A DNA stretch of 63,273 nucleotides, filler included, from Octopus bimaculoides (taxonomy: Eukaryota): the NCBI RefSeq assembly GCF_001194135.2. It is 8 parts of 8 records of this genome, joined end to end, with 100 filler letters (N's around TTAATTAATTAA, not from the genome) between each part and the next. Parts side by side here need not be neighbours in the genome. Positions count along the whole stretch, not along the records: positions 11,770 to 42,813 come from NC_068991.1; 7 more parts are not named here. The stretch is one strand, 5' to 3'. The notes below the pieces were generated by a model. That model had not been told where the DNA came from, ran no database searches, and was given only the letters and a program-made list of their open reading frames with translations. Position numbers and translations under genes: made by a program. Position 1 is the stretch's first letter. Every line of letters starts with the position of its first letter. Of the stretch, positions 11,670 to 23,954 are shown one piece after another.

Positions 11670-11769
11670 NNNNNNNNNNNNNNNNNNNNNNNNNNNNNNN
11701 NNNNNNNNNNNNNTTAATTAATTAANNNNNNNNNNNNNNNNNNNNNNNNNNNNNNNNNNNNNNNNNNNN
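11670..11769. other. Assembly linker: 44 N + TTAATTAATTAA + 44 N (one of seven)
   Basis: The same 100-bp construct recurs with the 12-mer at 42858, 44705, 46671, 53725, 57107 and 61679; the 12-mer gives stops in all six frames. Confidence 0.95.
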
Positions 11770-12530
11770 TATTAAAAGACTAAAAACGACTGAATGGCAA
11801 AAGGAATGTCGGCAGGCACTTGCGTTAATCAACAGGGCGGCTAAGGCCGGCTACGGGAATACCACCTCTGAATTTTATAAAGGGTTGGTAGAATTCAAAA
11901 GTGATGACGTTCTAGGAGAGACGCTGGGGCTTGATGGGAACCAGCTATCCAACCCGTTTCGGAACACTTTCAGGTCGAGATATTTAGATAATTACCAAAG
12001 TTCCCTGACCTGGAAGTGTTTCAGGAATGCATTACCCGTTCACGATAAATTGTCTAGGCACGGAATTGCAGTGCCACCCGAATGTCCAAGATAGGGAAAC
12101 TATCCTGCACGCTCTTGTACAGTGCACCCATGTTTCGGAGATGACAATTTACGTAGAACACGTGTTGTCACATCTGAGAAGAGTACAGCTATTGGCTAAG
12201 TCTGTGATTAAGAATGTACCGCCCACCGGACTGTCCAAGGAAGGTGAGGCTTGTTTTCTGTGTACAGGCGCAGTTATGAAAGAGTGTGCATGGAGAACCA
12301 GAATGCAAGGTAAGAAGTCAGGGGTCTTCATATCCGGCCCTGGAATGCTTTACTACTTCAGGTATCACCTGAAAAGCAAGATAAGGCTGGAGAGGAGGCA
12401 CCTGTCTAGAAGTATATATGAGAAAAGATGGAAGGATGTGGTAAGGAAGTTGGGAGTGAGTGTCCCTACTTAATCTACCGATGAGGAAAAAAGATAAAGG
12501 GTGTAGCCGTTGGACAGTAGACCAACAAGG
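11770..12530 (+). mobile_element. Tx1/L1-type LINE ORF2 3' end (zf-RVT region)
   Basis: LDNYQSSLTWKCFRNALPVHDKLSRHG..ECPR..ETILHALVQC..CAWRTR..YEKRW: the zf-RVT CCHC-type motif of L1/Tx1 ORF2. Confidence 0.85.
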
Positions 12531-12931
12531 AAGAATGTAAAGGAAATCTAAATTTTTAAATCATATAAATCATTTAATTTTTAACTTGATATATTTTTGG
12601 GTAAAAGAAAAACGAACTGAAAAAAAAAACTCGCTGAGTATTTCTTTTTAATGTGTTGTATTGTCCTGTATTGTCCTTCTATATTAGATCTTATGATCAT
12701 AATAAAGAAATCTCTCTTAGATACATCCCATTGACAAGAGTCAAAAAAACTCGAAACATCAATGTCTGGGATTTCTGATAGATAGTGACACTGAACAAAC
12801 CGGGTATCATCACACCTTTTTTTTTTATATATATACCATAAGAGAGATATTTTCTCCACGGTAACTGCAGTGAATTTGTCTTTTAGCAGTTGAAATATGT
12901 CACAAACATATTTTAACTAACCTAAATTTTG

Positions 12932-12993
<62 letters not shown>

Positions 12994-14359
12994 AGTGTGT
13001 ATATACACACGCACACAGATATAGATGTATATATATATATATATATATAAACATACATATGAGAGTACAGGGTATGAAACTTATAGTAGCTCACATCTTT
13101 TATTAAACGATTTTTATCTCTCACTGGATGGAGGAATTGTTATGTTGATCCATATCGCTTACACGTATCCAATTGTGTGCAGGGACATCAACTGCATTGT
13201 CAGAGCTATCACCATGCAATTCACTTCCTCCACTAACTCAGTACGACTGTACACGTACACATACACATACTCATTATCTACATCACTTGCACAAGGATCA
13301 TATTCGTCATCTGAATCGGTACGTGAATCATAAAAATAGTACAAATCAAGACCACTTCTGTTATTCACACTGTGATTGTTGCCATCAGATTCCTCTGGAA
13401 TAACAAAAAAATTTGTCTATACTCAAAAGTGCCATGTTGCTTTTGAGCATTTAAATCTATAAATATACCGTTTAAAATATATGCCATGACATGTAAATCA
13501 AAGAAATTCCACAAGAATTCTTCCAGTGGAGCCCTCTAGTGAATCTTCGTTACATTAATATTCAATATTCAATGATCAGCCAAGTAGAATGCCTTGCATT
13601 GAGCAACGGCAAAACAAACTAAAATGTCGCTCTACCTCTATACTGTTGCTGGGTAAAATGTCATTTTGTACGCAAATCCCGTTATAGACACTAAGTTTGT
13701 CATGTAGATAAGGATTTTACTCTAGAACTGTTTCTATCGCATAACTGGAATTCTAGTCGGCTTATGCGTCACCCTTCCCGAACCAGTGTATTCTTTATAC
13801 ACATTCTCTATATACTTCAGACTGGCTGATTCAATCTTGTTTGGGAAGTGACTCGAGTACATGACATTGACAAACTACAATCCATATTTACGTACCTGCC
13901 ACTCTTATGGTAGTTTTCGGAGAGCTTTCGTTTCGTCTGAAATACATTGTGATTTTATTAACACGGTACGTCTATAAAGGGATTTTTCCGGGCGAAAAAC
14001 TAAAGCTTTTGGCTGTTCAGCAACATGCATACGTTACACACACACATATATCTATATATACATTTTTATATGATGAATGAATACATACATACATACATAC
14101 ATACATACATACATACATACATACACACATGCATAGCTAGGACACTGCATAACGAGATCCGTCGAAAGAATAACCCCGGAGACAAATAAGAACTCACAGT
14201 ATGGTGGAAATCATAGCCACTCAAAATAAAAAAAGTACTGGTGGAATGTCCCAGTGAAAACCTCAATAAAATGTAAACACAATGGACGTGATATAATGAT
14301 TTGGGATAGAGAAGAGAAACTGTGTACAGTTGTGGAAATCATTTGCTCAGCGGATTTTA

Positions 14360-14640
14360 ATATAAAGCTGAAGAAATGTCACTAAGCATTTTGCCGTGGC
14401 GCGTCACTGATTCTACCGGTTCGCTGCTTCTATTTTTCATAATAATCCTTTCTAGGCACAAGGCCCGAATTTTTGGGGTGTGAGCGAGTCAATTATATCG
14501 ACCCCAGTGCTTAACTAGTACTCAATTTATCGACCACGAAAGAATAAAAGGTAAAGTCGACCTCGGCGGAATCTGAATTCAGAGCATAAAACGGACGAAA
14601 TGCCGCTAGGCATTTTGCCCGACGTGCATTTTGTTCTGCC
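14360..14640 (-). mobile_element. SINE family C (head fragment plus near-full copy)
   Basis: Same consensus as 9885-10075. Confidence 0.8.
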
Positions 14641-15825
14641 TTTAACTGAGAATTTATGAAACGCTACTTCACCATTGATTTGTACTGTTTCTATTTTTTA
14701 TTTCAGATTCCTATATTCTTGGAGTGGAATATTGATATTTTAAAAATCTTCTAGTCAGAAGAGGACGGTATTGTCCAAGACTGTTAACAGGACCTGTCAA
14801 ACTGGAGGGAGGGAGGAAAGTTACCTCAAACTGCAGAACTGGATTAGACGCTTGTAATAGAATCGACTTCATTAAAGACACCAAAAGTGAAAGCTAGCAT
14901 TGTTAGACCGAGCGACAGATGAAGTCCACCACCTCAAAAGTATTTAAATAACTTGTTCTTTGATTCGCTGTATTGCTGATGCCAAATTGTCAATATGTAA
15001 CGTTTTTGTGGTTTTACACTCGATAAATAAAATAGCATAAATTTGTACTGTTTATAGCAAGTATTTTACTTTATTTTTCAGTTACTAATTTAATCCCACT
15101 TTGGCAGTAGTGGAAGGTCAAATACCTTCTCAATAATATGAAATAATCTTAATGACGAAGAGTATTGTAGCTTGACTGCTTAAATTTTAACACTGCTGTA
15201 ATTTATTTTCGAAATCAAGGGACACAACTTAATGTTGAACTCCGAAAGGGAACAAGGGAGGCAACTCCGGCATACTTCATGTAAATAAAAAATAAATAGT
15301 TAATGCAAAACATTTCAAAGTAAAAAATAATTAAAACGAAGATTAAGAAATATAAAAAATACAATGAACAAAGCAGAACTTTTCTTGTTTGCAGCTGTCC
15401 TCATTTCATTGTCTCCCCACCAGGGGTTTGTCCCTAATATTTTTTCGCCGTTATCTTTAGTCGTCTATAATCTTCACTCTGAGCTCATTATCTTCCATAA
15501 CTTCTTTTTCAATACCATCTAGGTTTATCCATGTTTCCGCTGTAAATTGTTAATGATTAAAAAATATATACACGATCCACTGATTATCTGATTAAACATT
15601 AAAGAAAATAAGGACACGTTTAGATACCAAGGAAAGCGGGAACCACTGTGTGTTGAATCTACTTTGATTTTATTTTTTTTTAGAGTATAATGATAAAAAA
15701 AGAATAGTACTGATAATGAACATTTTCTTGTTTTAGTTACAAATATATAATTTTCTTATATTATTTATTGCTATTTAGCTTTAAGTAAATAAAATTTTAA
15801 AAAGAAAATCAGTTTATATTTAATC

Positions 15826-16045
15826 TAGTTCCCACGTGGTTCCGGGTTCAGACCCACTGCGTGGGACTTTGGGCAGGTGTCTTCTACTGTAGCCTAGGGC
15901 CGACCACAACCTTGTGAGTGAAATTGGTAGACGGAAACTGAAAGAAGCCCGTCGTATATGTATGTATTCATGAGTGTGTATCTTTGCGTCTGTGTTTGTC
16001 CCCCACCATCGCTTGACAACCGATGTTGGTGTGTTTACGTCTCCA
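15826..16045 (+). mobile_element. SINE A/B composite (head, CORE-like body, microsatellite, truncated 3' half)
   Basis: cacgtggttccgggttcagacccactgcgtgggactttgggcaggtgtcttctact.. then (TATG) and gtttgtcccccaccatcgcttgacaacc. Confidence 0.85.
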
Positions 16046-16209
16046 AAACACTGAAAATGGGTCAAAATCTGCCAGAAGCGGCATAAAAAATAATATAATA
16101 AATAATATAATAAAACCACCGCTCCCGCCATCCCTAAATTCGAGCGTGTCTCCAAATTTAGTTGACTCAGTAGTGAAGACTGCGGAATACATCCAACTCA
16201 AAAACATTT

Positions 16210-17150
16210 AAAAATTACAATTCACAAAAAATTTTGCTACTTTCTCGAATCTTCGTTGAGCAGCAAACTATTCCCAACACAAATGAGAAAAAATTCGACC
16301 GATCTAATGTTTACGGCTATCAACGATGTTGCTGGAGAGCACATGGAATCAAGTGATGTTAATTATTGGAATATTAATACTCTTATATACACAGCCGCAA
16401 TTACCCTTAAAGAACACCCAAGAGAAATCCACAGTGAACAAAGTAAAGAAATTACTAAACGGAAACAATCTAGATGGAAAACAAAATTTGAAGAAAACAT
16501 CGACAACGTGCGCCGCCATAGTGGATGGTTAACTACAACGATAAAATGTAAGGAGAAAAATGAGTTTACACCGCACCAAACTCAACCTCTTGAGGGAAAG
16601 CTAATCACTTTAAAACATGAACACAGGACGATGAACGAGAAACTCCCTTATCGCAAGCGAATTTTTGAGCGAGCCAGTATCAGTCGCAAGTTTGCTTCCA
16701 GCACACAATCATTATACAGAGAGATGAGGAAGGAAGATATTACCATCAAGAAAGCTCCCTCCCAAGAAGATCTACAATCATTCTGGTCAAAAATTTGGAA
16801 TGGAAAGAGGGATTTCAATTTAGATGCATCATGGTAAAAATACAATTGAGAGAGAATTCTGTACCAACACTAACAGTAAAACATAAAATTGATGCGGAAA
16901 CCTTCGCTATAGCATTAGGCAAACTGCAGAATGGGAAGGCACCTGGAAGGGACCTAATAGTTGGATATTGGTACAAGAAGCTGACATTTTATAGAAACCA
17001 ATTGATATGTATGTTCAAAAGGACTATGGAAGGTCAGACTGATATACCACATTAGCGTGCTGCAGCAAGGACAAATCTTGTTACCAAAAACGAAATCACC
17101 GAGATGACAGGAAACTACAGGCCCATGGCTTGCCTAAACATTATGTACAA
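16210..17150 (+). mobile_element. R4/Dong-like (RLE-type) LINE fragment, N-terminal to the RT start
   Basis: YWNINTLIYTAAIT..FWSKIW..LQNGKAPGRDLIVGYWYKKL..NYRPMACLNIMYK, with frameshifts. Confidence 0.85.
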
Positions 17151-17173
17151 ACATACATACATACATACATACA

Positions 17174-17205
<32 letters not shown>

Positions 17206-17502
17206 CCTATGATAATAAAGTATTATATATTCGTTCTGAGTTTTATTTTCCTGTTTGTGTCCCCAAACCTATTGATTCTCCCTGTAACTTCTGCCGATAA
17301 ATAAATTGAATAAAGACTTAGCTATAGAGAGATAATCAGAGTTACCTCCCCTATTTGAGATATTGCCGTATAGAATATTGATTTTCTACCATTGGCGCAA
17401 GGCCACGTATTATGAAAAGGATGCTGCGGCGGTCACTTAAATCGAGTGTAAAAACTAAATGGTTGTTTATTTTCTCCACTCGAGAAAGATAAAAGGTAAA
17501 TC

Positions 17503-18100
17503 GGATCTTTTTTAAAACGGGGGCCACAGTTTTCATTAATGTTTTACGTAGTGTTTTTGGTACGGAAAGACTTTCAAACTTCGTATACTTATCTATTTTG
17601 TGTTATAGAACAGAAAAATATTTTTGTATTCGAATTTATTTCATGTAAAAAATTGTCTTATTTCGATAATTTCAACCAATCACTGACAAGTATTCAGTTG
17701 TTTATATTTACTCCTTTGGCTGATTAAGCCATAGTTTCGTTTTATTTGCTTTTTTCATTTTAAATTTGCTTTTTTCATTTTCTTTTTTTTTCTTCGTTTT
17801 ATTTGCTTTTTTCTTTTTAAATTTGCTGTTTTACCCTAACCCTAACCCTATCACCAATAGACTTGTTTTAGAATCGTTTGTTTATGTAGTCGGCACTTAA
17901 TGTATATCGGCTGAATGGACGTCAGTGATTGGTTGAAATTACAGAAATACGACAACTTTAACATGGAATAACTTAGAGATTTCTTTTTTTTTAAAGAAGA
18001 CTAAGAGAAAAAGATGTTTTATATGACACATTCTACCAGTGTTCCAAGTTTCAAAGTGTTTCGTTAATGAAAAATGTGACCCCCGTTTTAAAAAAGATCC
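17503..18100. mobile_element. 598-bp non-autonomous DNA transposon (MITE) with TIRs, 8-bp TSD and internal (CCCTAA)n
   Basis: GGATCTTTTTTAAAACGGGGG..TTTCATTAA pairs with TTAATGAAAA..CCCCCGTTTTAAAAAAGATCC. GGTAAATC flanks both ends (17495-17502 and 18101-18108). An inner IR ttcaaccaatcactgac/gtcagtgattggttgaa is also present. Confidence 0.85.
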
Positions 18101-18199
18101 GGTAAATCTCAAAACTAGTGGATTTGACAATCAAAATCTGTAGAACCGTCTTCATCCTATAATTGTTCCTAGTTCGTTTGCTGGCACGCCCTGCTTTAA

Positions 18200-21090
18200 A
18201 TATATTAATAGTCTTAAATATTAACTTATTTCTAAGTTCATTATTTACCTATGGATACGTTTACTAGAATGTTCCGAATCGGTGTAGTGATTTCAAGTAA
18301 GTCTTCCTCTCGTTCAGTTTAAATTCCCGGTAATTTGAACGCGATTTCAACAGAGCACCGGATACTAGAAGCTGAACGTGTTCTTCCCGGCGTGCCAAGC
18401 TTTCAGAGACAGTTAGCAAGTTAGTCCATCCGAATTTGGCGAGCGCAATTGTTAACAACCGATGATGGATAACCCTTAAAAGGGCTATTAGAGTAGAGGC
18501 GGTAAACTTTAGTAAGGAAATAGCGTTAGAGGAATTTAGGATAGAGAAAGACTTAGTTAGGAAATTAAAAGAGGCGTTTAGGAAAGGCATAGCGACTGAC
18601 GTATTGGCGGCGAGATTGGTTCTTGATCAATTCTTCAATGCCAAGCACGAAGGTTGCGTTGTGAGAGCTATAGCGCGTATACTGAGACGGGAGGGGAGAA
18701 ACGCTGTTCGATGGGCGGGTGGCAGAGGCGCTACGTGGAAACAAAGCAACAATTCGGTCTTTGGCGAGCTGTGATGGGCGCATGATACCCAAGTCCAAAC
18801 AGATGTGTTCGGAATTTCAGCGGCACTTCACCGAACTGTAAAGGGCGTGTGGTGGATTTGCGACGGAGGTAGATTTCACCTCCTATCTCAGTGTTGTGCC
18901 TCACCTCTGGGCGAGGAATGTGAAGTTCTGCTTACTGCCGATAACAACCGAAGATATACGGGACGTGCTGACGAGCTGTGCAAAGGAGAAGTCCACGGGG
19001 CTGGATAGTCTGCCCTTCGAACTTTATTTTCATATGCTAAACTTGTTCGGTGGTCTCTTGGCAGATGTTCACCACAATTGGCAGCAGAACGGGAGAGTTC
19101 ACAATGCTGTGAGCCGTGGAGTTGTGGTGCTGTAGAGAAAGGACCCGAAAAAGGGGGATAAAATTGACAATTTTAGGTCTATGTCTCTGCTGAATGGAAG
19201 ATTATAAAAGTTTGGCCAAGGTATTAGCCAAGAGGTTGGCGCTTGTCGTCGATAAGCTGGTCGGTGACGATATCCCAAACAGAACTATCCACGACAACCT
19301 TCACCTCACGTGCTACATCGTGGCATGTGTGGGGCCCTGATCAATTTGGATCAATCGAAAGCTTTTGATAGGGATCGACCACCAATACTTGGAGGTTGTT
19401 CTCGCAGTTGGATCACTGTATTGTACAGTGACATCTATTGGATGGCCAAAGTAAATGGCTACATGTTAAAACCGTTTAGAATCGCTCGTTCGGTCCGTCA
19501 AGGATGCCCACTTTCGCTTCTTCTGTACGTGATGATTCTCGAGCCATTGCTGCAGAAGCTGAATGTTTCGAGGGGGATCCCGCGTGATCTAGAATGCAGT
19601 AGTTTCATGTCGGCTTATGCGGACGCCGTTACCGTAAGAGTGTCGGACATCTCGGAAATCGAGGTGGTCGGCACTGCTATAAAGGAGTACGAAGCAGTGA
19701 CAGGGGAAAAGATTCACCAGGAGAAGTCGCCTGGAGAAGCAGGTCCATGCCAACTGACAGTGTTGAAGAGCGCTTGACGGAAGGACCGGTTAAATTACTC
19801 CGTGTCTGATTTAGCGCGGACCTCCAGATGGACAAGAACTGGGGGAGATGACGAGCAGGGTGGCCAATTGCACCCAGAAATGGGTAGAGAGGAAGCTGTC
19901 TCTGAGGGGTCGGAATGCGTACATCGCTTCCGTCATCTACTACCGCCTGACCGTCGTCCCTTGCCCCACTTCGTGCCTGATCAAGCTGGAGCGCTTGCTC
20001 TTCTGCTTCTTGTGGAAGGGGCGAATTCCACTGGTCAGGTGCTCCATTTGCTGTCAACACCCGCTGAATGGATGGCTGGGCATGCCATGGCAGCTGATGC
20101 GCAGATATGCGCTGAGACTGCGACATTTCCAGTGCTTCCCAGACAGTGATCAGGTGTGGTCACCATTTATCAGACACGATAAACAGTTCGTCTTTGTCTG
20201 AGCTGCAGTCTTGGATCAAGCGTAGACCGAGGTAGGGCGCCTGGCACCTAAAGTGTCATCAGGCGCTCACAATCCTCTGTCAGTCGGGCAATGCGGTTAG
20301 TAGAAGTTACTGGCGGGCAAGTGTGACGACGTTCTTGGGAAGACCATGGGCATCGACGAGAACTAGCTGGCTGGTCTCTTCCGGAGGACTTTCAGACCTG
20401 AGGCCATGGATAATTTCCAGAAATCACTGGCCTGGTAGTGCTGCCGTGCGGATTTGCCCTTCGGGATAAACTCTACAGGCATGAAAATGCCGTCAGCTGG
20501 ATTTGCATGAGGTGCCGCTCTCATTCAGTGACCGAGCATTGCTGACTTGTGAGTTTATGTCGAACACCTGCTGTCTCGTGTAGAACGGATCCAGATATCA
20601 GATGAGTCCAGCTATCAGATAAGTCCAGCTATCAGATGATCGTCTCACCGTCTTCCTTTGGCCAAGAAGGGCAGGCAGTGTTTCTTTGCCTGGTGGCCTT
20701 AGAGAAAGAGACTGTGTGGTGAACCACGTTGAACGGGCTGAAGACAGACACTTACCTCATTGGCCAACAGCTGCCTCCCTGCAATTGTATTAAAAGGTGG
20801 GTTAATGTAGTGCGAATGGCCCGGGTAAATGGACCTACTGTAAGCGTGCTCCACTAGATCGAGGGTACATGAAGTGGAGAGGGCATTTGCCCTAGAGGTC
20901 AGGTCGATCGTGGTTTTTGTGGGGTTTCCACGAGCTGCCTTTAGAAGTCTTCCTTTTTTGGGGATTTAATTGTCATGATTTTTATTGCTATTCTGCTTTT
21001 ACACGCTTCAATCTCACTCTATTTATGTTGTGTTGTCTAGTTCCATCCCCAATCTTTTATATAAAACCATTGTGGTGAATAAAGAAAAGA
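18200..21090 (+). mobile_element. Tx1/L1-type LINE, long decayed ORF2 (linker, RT, zf-RVT) plus 3' UTR
   Basis: KSTGLDSLPFELY..KDPKKGDKIDNFR..AKVLAKRL..LINLDQSKAFDR..SVRQGCPLSLLLY..EPLL..SAYADAVTV..PLVRCSICCQHPLNGWLGMP; many stops and frameshifts. Confidence 0.9.
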
Positions 21091-21107
21091 TTATTATTAT
21101 TATTATT

Positions 21108-21540
21108 GAGTGAGAGAGCAGCACATGCCATCAAAGTGACACTGGGGGTACAAGTATACGAAACCCAACATAGCCAACCATATGTGCGTGACATGGTGAT
21201 CTCATATCAAGGTCCCTGAATAAGGATTGTTTAAGGATGTTGAACGAAACATTTATGTTTCCAGAGATGAATTAGTCAAACTCCGGAGAGTTCCTCTCAA
21301 CACATGGCTTTGATGCCACTACATGGCTATGATGCCACTACTTCTGCTAGTGATCAGAGATGCACATATCGTCAGCCATCAAGAGACATGCTCTACTAAT
21401 TAAGGCCAAGCAACTGACAAGCAAATCTGTGGTACTGAGCAGAATATTTGCTGTAGCCCGTCCTTTATACTCAGACAAAACATGTACATGATAACACTTC
21501 CAATCAGTTACGATCGGGGGCTATGTGAACCAGTGCCTGG

Positions 21541-21541
<1 letters not shown>
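21108..21541 (-). mobile_element. Family E non-coding element (internally deleted copy) embedded in (TAA)n
   Basis: Colinear with 22179-22720; both ends abut (TTA)n. Confidence 0.8.
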
Positions 21542-21620
<79 letters not shown>

Positions 21621-21623
<3 letters not shown>

Positions 21624-22085
21624 GTTTGACTATTGCTTTGTATTTGTACAAGTTGACTCCAAGTTTCACCCAGAGACCTCAAGAGACAACAAGTTAGAAG
21701 TTCAAGTTGGTATTATGCCTAGGGTGTCATATATTTGGTTTTGCTCATAGCATTGTTCAAGAGAATGTTTAAGAAAACAAGAAAACTATAAATTTGTTTT
21801 AAAATTTGAGATTACATAGTATTTTACGTAGTATATGGGTAGTTCCCATGAGCACTATCTTTTGAATTTCTGCCATTTTAGGGTTTCCTGGCATCTGAGC
21901 TAGGTAGGAATCAGCGCCTTTTGCTATCATTCATAGGGCACCTATGACAACAGGTATTGTTTTAGTCTTGAGGTTCCACATTTTGCCAATTTCTATTTCA
22001 AAATCTTTATACTTGCTCAATTTTTGGTAGGTCTTGACAGATACATTTACGTCGATTGGAACAGTGATATCAATGAGGAGGAGGA
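21621..22085 (-). mobile_element. R4/Dong-like LINE 3' end (RLE domain plus 3' UTR, (TAA)n tail)
   Basis: Minus: LLIDITVPIDVNVSVKTYQKLSKYKDFEIEIGKMWNLKTKTIPVVIGAL..GNPKMAEIQKIVLMGTTHILRK; same family as 38998-40397. Confidence 0.9.
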
Positions 22086-22124
22086 TATCAATGATTTTTG
22101 TCTGAAGTCTTTCAATATAATGTC

Positions 22125-22178
<54 letters not shown>

Positions 22179-22718
22179 GAGTGAAAGAGCAGTGCATGCC
22201 ATCAAAGTGATACTGGGGTAAAATATACGAAGCCCAATGTACCCATCATGACTCTCCGTCTGATAAGGGTACACCAGGCACACATGCATCACAAACATAT
22301 GCGCGCAACATGGTGATCTCATATCAAGATAAACAGCGCATAACCTTGTAGGTTGGGCCCAGTTAGAATTTTCTTCAAGTCGAGTAGCCCTTCCCGCTCA
22401 AAAGGTCCCTGAATAAGGGTTGTTTAAGGATGTTGAGCAAAACACCCATGTTTCCAAAGGTGAATTATCCAAACTCTAAAGAATTCCTCTCAACACATGG
22501 CTATGATGCTCGCCCACTACTTTCGCTCGTGATCGGAGATGCATATATTGTCAACCACCAAGGGACATGTTCGACTGGTTAAGGTCAAATAACTGACAAG
22601 CAAATCTGTGGTATTGAGCAGAATATTTGCTGTAGCCCGTCTTTTATATCAAGACAAAACATGTACATGCTAACACTTTCAATCAGTTACAATCAGAAGC
22701 CATGAGAGCCTATGCTTG

Positions 22719-22720
<2 letters not shown>
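22179..22720 (-). mobile_element. Family E non-coding element, apparently full length (542 bp), in (TAA)n
   Basis: Both termini shared with 21108-21541; the 3' terminus ctctcactc(AAT)n is shared with 40760-40884 and 41644-41789. Confidence 0.8.
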
Positions 22721-22816
<96 letters not shown>

Positions 22817-22821
22817 CTGCC

Positions 22822-23220
22822 AGCGGCGAACTGGCAGGGTCGTTAGCACGCCGTGCGAAATGCTTTGCGGCACTTTGTCGGCACGTTCTGGGTTCAAATT
22901 CCGGCGAGGTCGACTTTGCCTTTCATCCTTTCGGGGTCGATTAAATAAGTACCAGTTACGCACTGAGGTCCATGTAATCGACTTAATCCCTTCCCCAAAT
23001 TTGAAGCCTGGTGCTTCCAGTAGAAAGGATTATTATTATTATTGTTATTGTTATTATTAAGGAGGCAAGCTGCTTAACGGCAATTCGTCCAAATTCCTGC
23101 GAGGTTGACCTTCATCTTTTCGGGGTTGATAAAATAAGTAGCACTTGAGCACTGGGGTCGATGTAATCGGCTTGCCCCTCCCACAAAATTTCAGGCTTTG
23201 TGCCTGTGGTAGAACGGATT
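22822..23220 (+). mobile_element. Two tandem SINE family C copies
   Basis: gcggcgaactggcag..gttcaaattccggcgaggtcgactttgcctttcatcctttcggggtcgat..cagtagaaaggattattatt, repeated at 23060-23220. Confidence 0.85.
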
Positions 23221-23778
23221 ATCATTGTTATAATTTTTTTTTCTTCTGTAACTCAAAATAACCATCAATAAAGTATTTAATTATATTTCATTTCGATCAT
23301 AAATGAATTCCGTTTCCATTTAAAATGTATAAATATATTTCGCTTTGTATTGCGTTTAAGGTGTATAAAAATATATATTACTTTGTATATAAATATCTTT
23401 TGTAAATATTTTGCTTTGCATATTTCGATCACATTTGAAAATGTATAAATATATTTGCAATTTCATTTTATTTTTAATAAATTTGAACTGAAATAACAGT
23501 TTTAAATTATCAGAAAAGAAAGCAAACTAATGCAAGCAAAATACATATTTACACACTTCAAACACAAAAGAAACATTTATGGTAAAAAAGAATTAGAAAA
23601 AGAATAAAACTGTAACTCCTCTATCCAAATAAATTTCTCATTAATAAAAAAGGTCTTGATTTAAAAAAATTGAACACTCAGAATTTCTGATGATCAAAGC
23701 GTTTTTTAAATTTATCGCATAAATGTTAGGGGACGTTTAACAATCCAATATTTTCTTTTGTGTTTATGTATTAAAATT

Positions 23779-23865
23779 TGCTTACAACTCAAAGCGTATG
23801 ATATTAAACACGTGTAACAATGTTACACGTGTTTAATGCTATAAACGTATCATGAGTTGTAAGCA
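23779..23865. repeat. 87-bp imperfect palindrome/hairpin
   Basis: Inner perfect 16-bp stem ATTAAACACGTGTAAC-aat-GTTACACGTGTTTAAT; outer 13-bp stem TGCTTACAACTCA/TGAGTTGTAAGCA. Confidence 0.85.
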
Positions 23866-23954
23866 TTAGAATTCATCCTTTTAGAGAAATGAGAGAGAGA
23901 GAGAGAGAGGGGAGGTAATGTGAAAAGTACAAGGGTAATTTGAAATTGGGTTCA

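Noticed and set aside
17834-17850. (CCCTAA)n as a telomere or chromosome-fusion scar
   Set aside because: Fewer than three full units, and they lie inside a TIR/TSD-bounded element.
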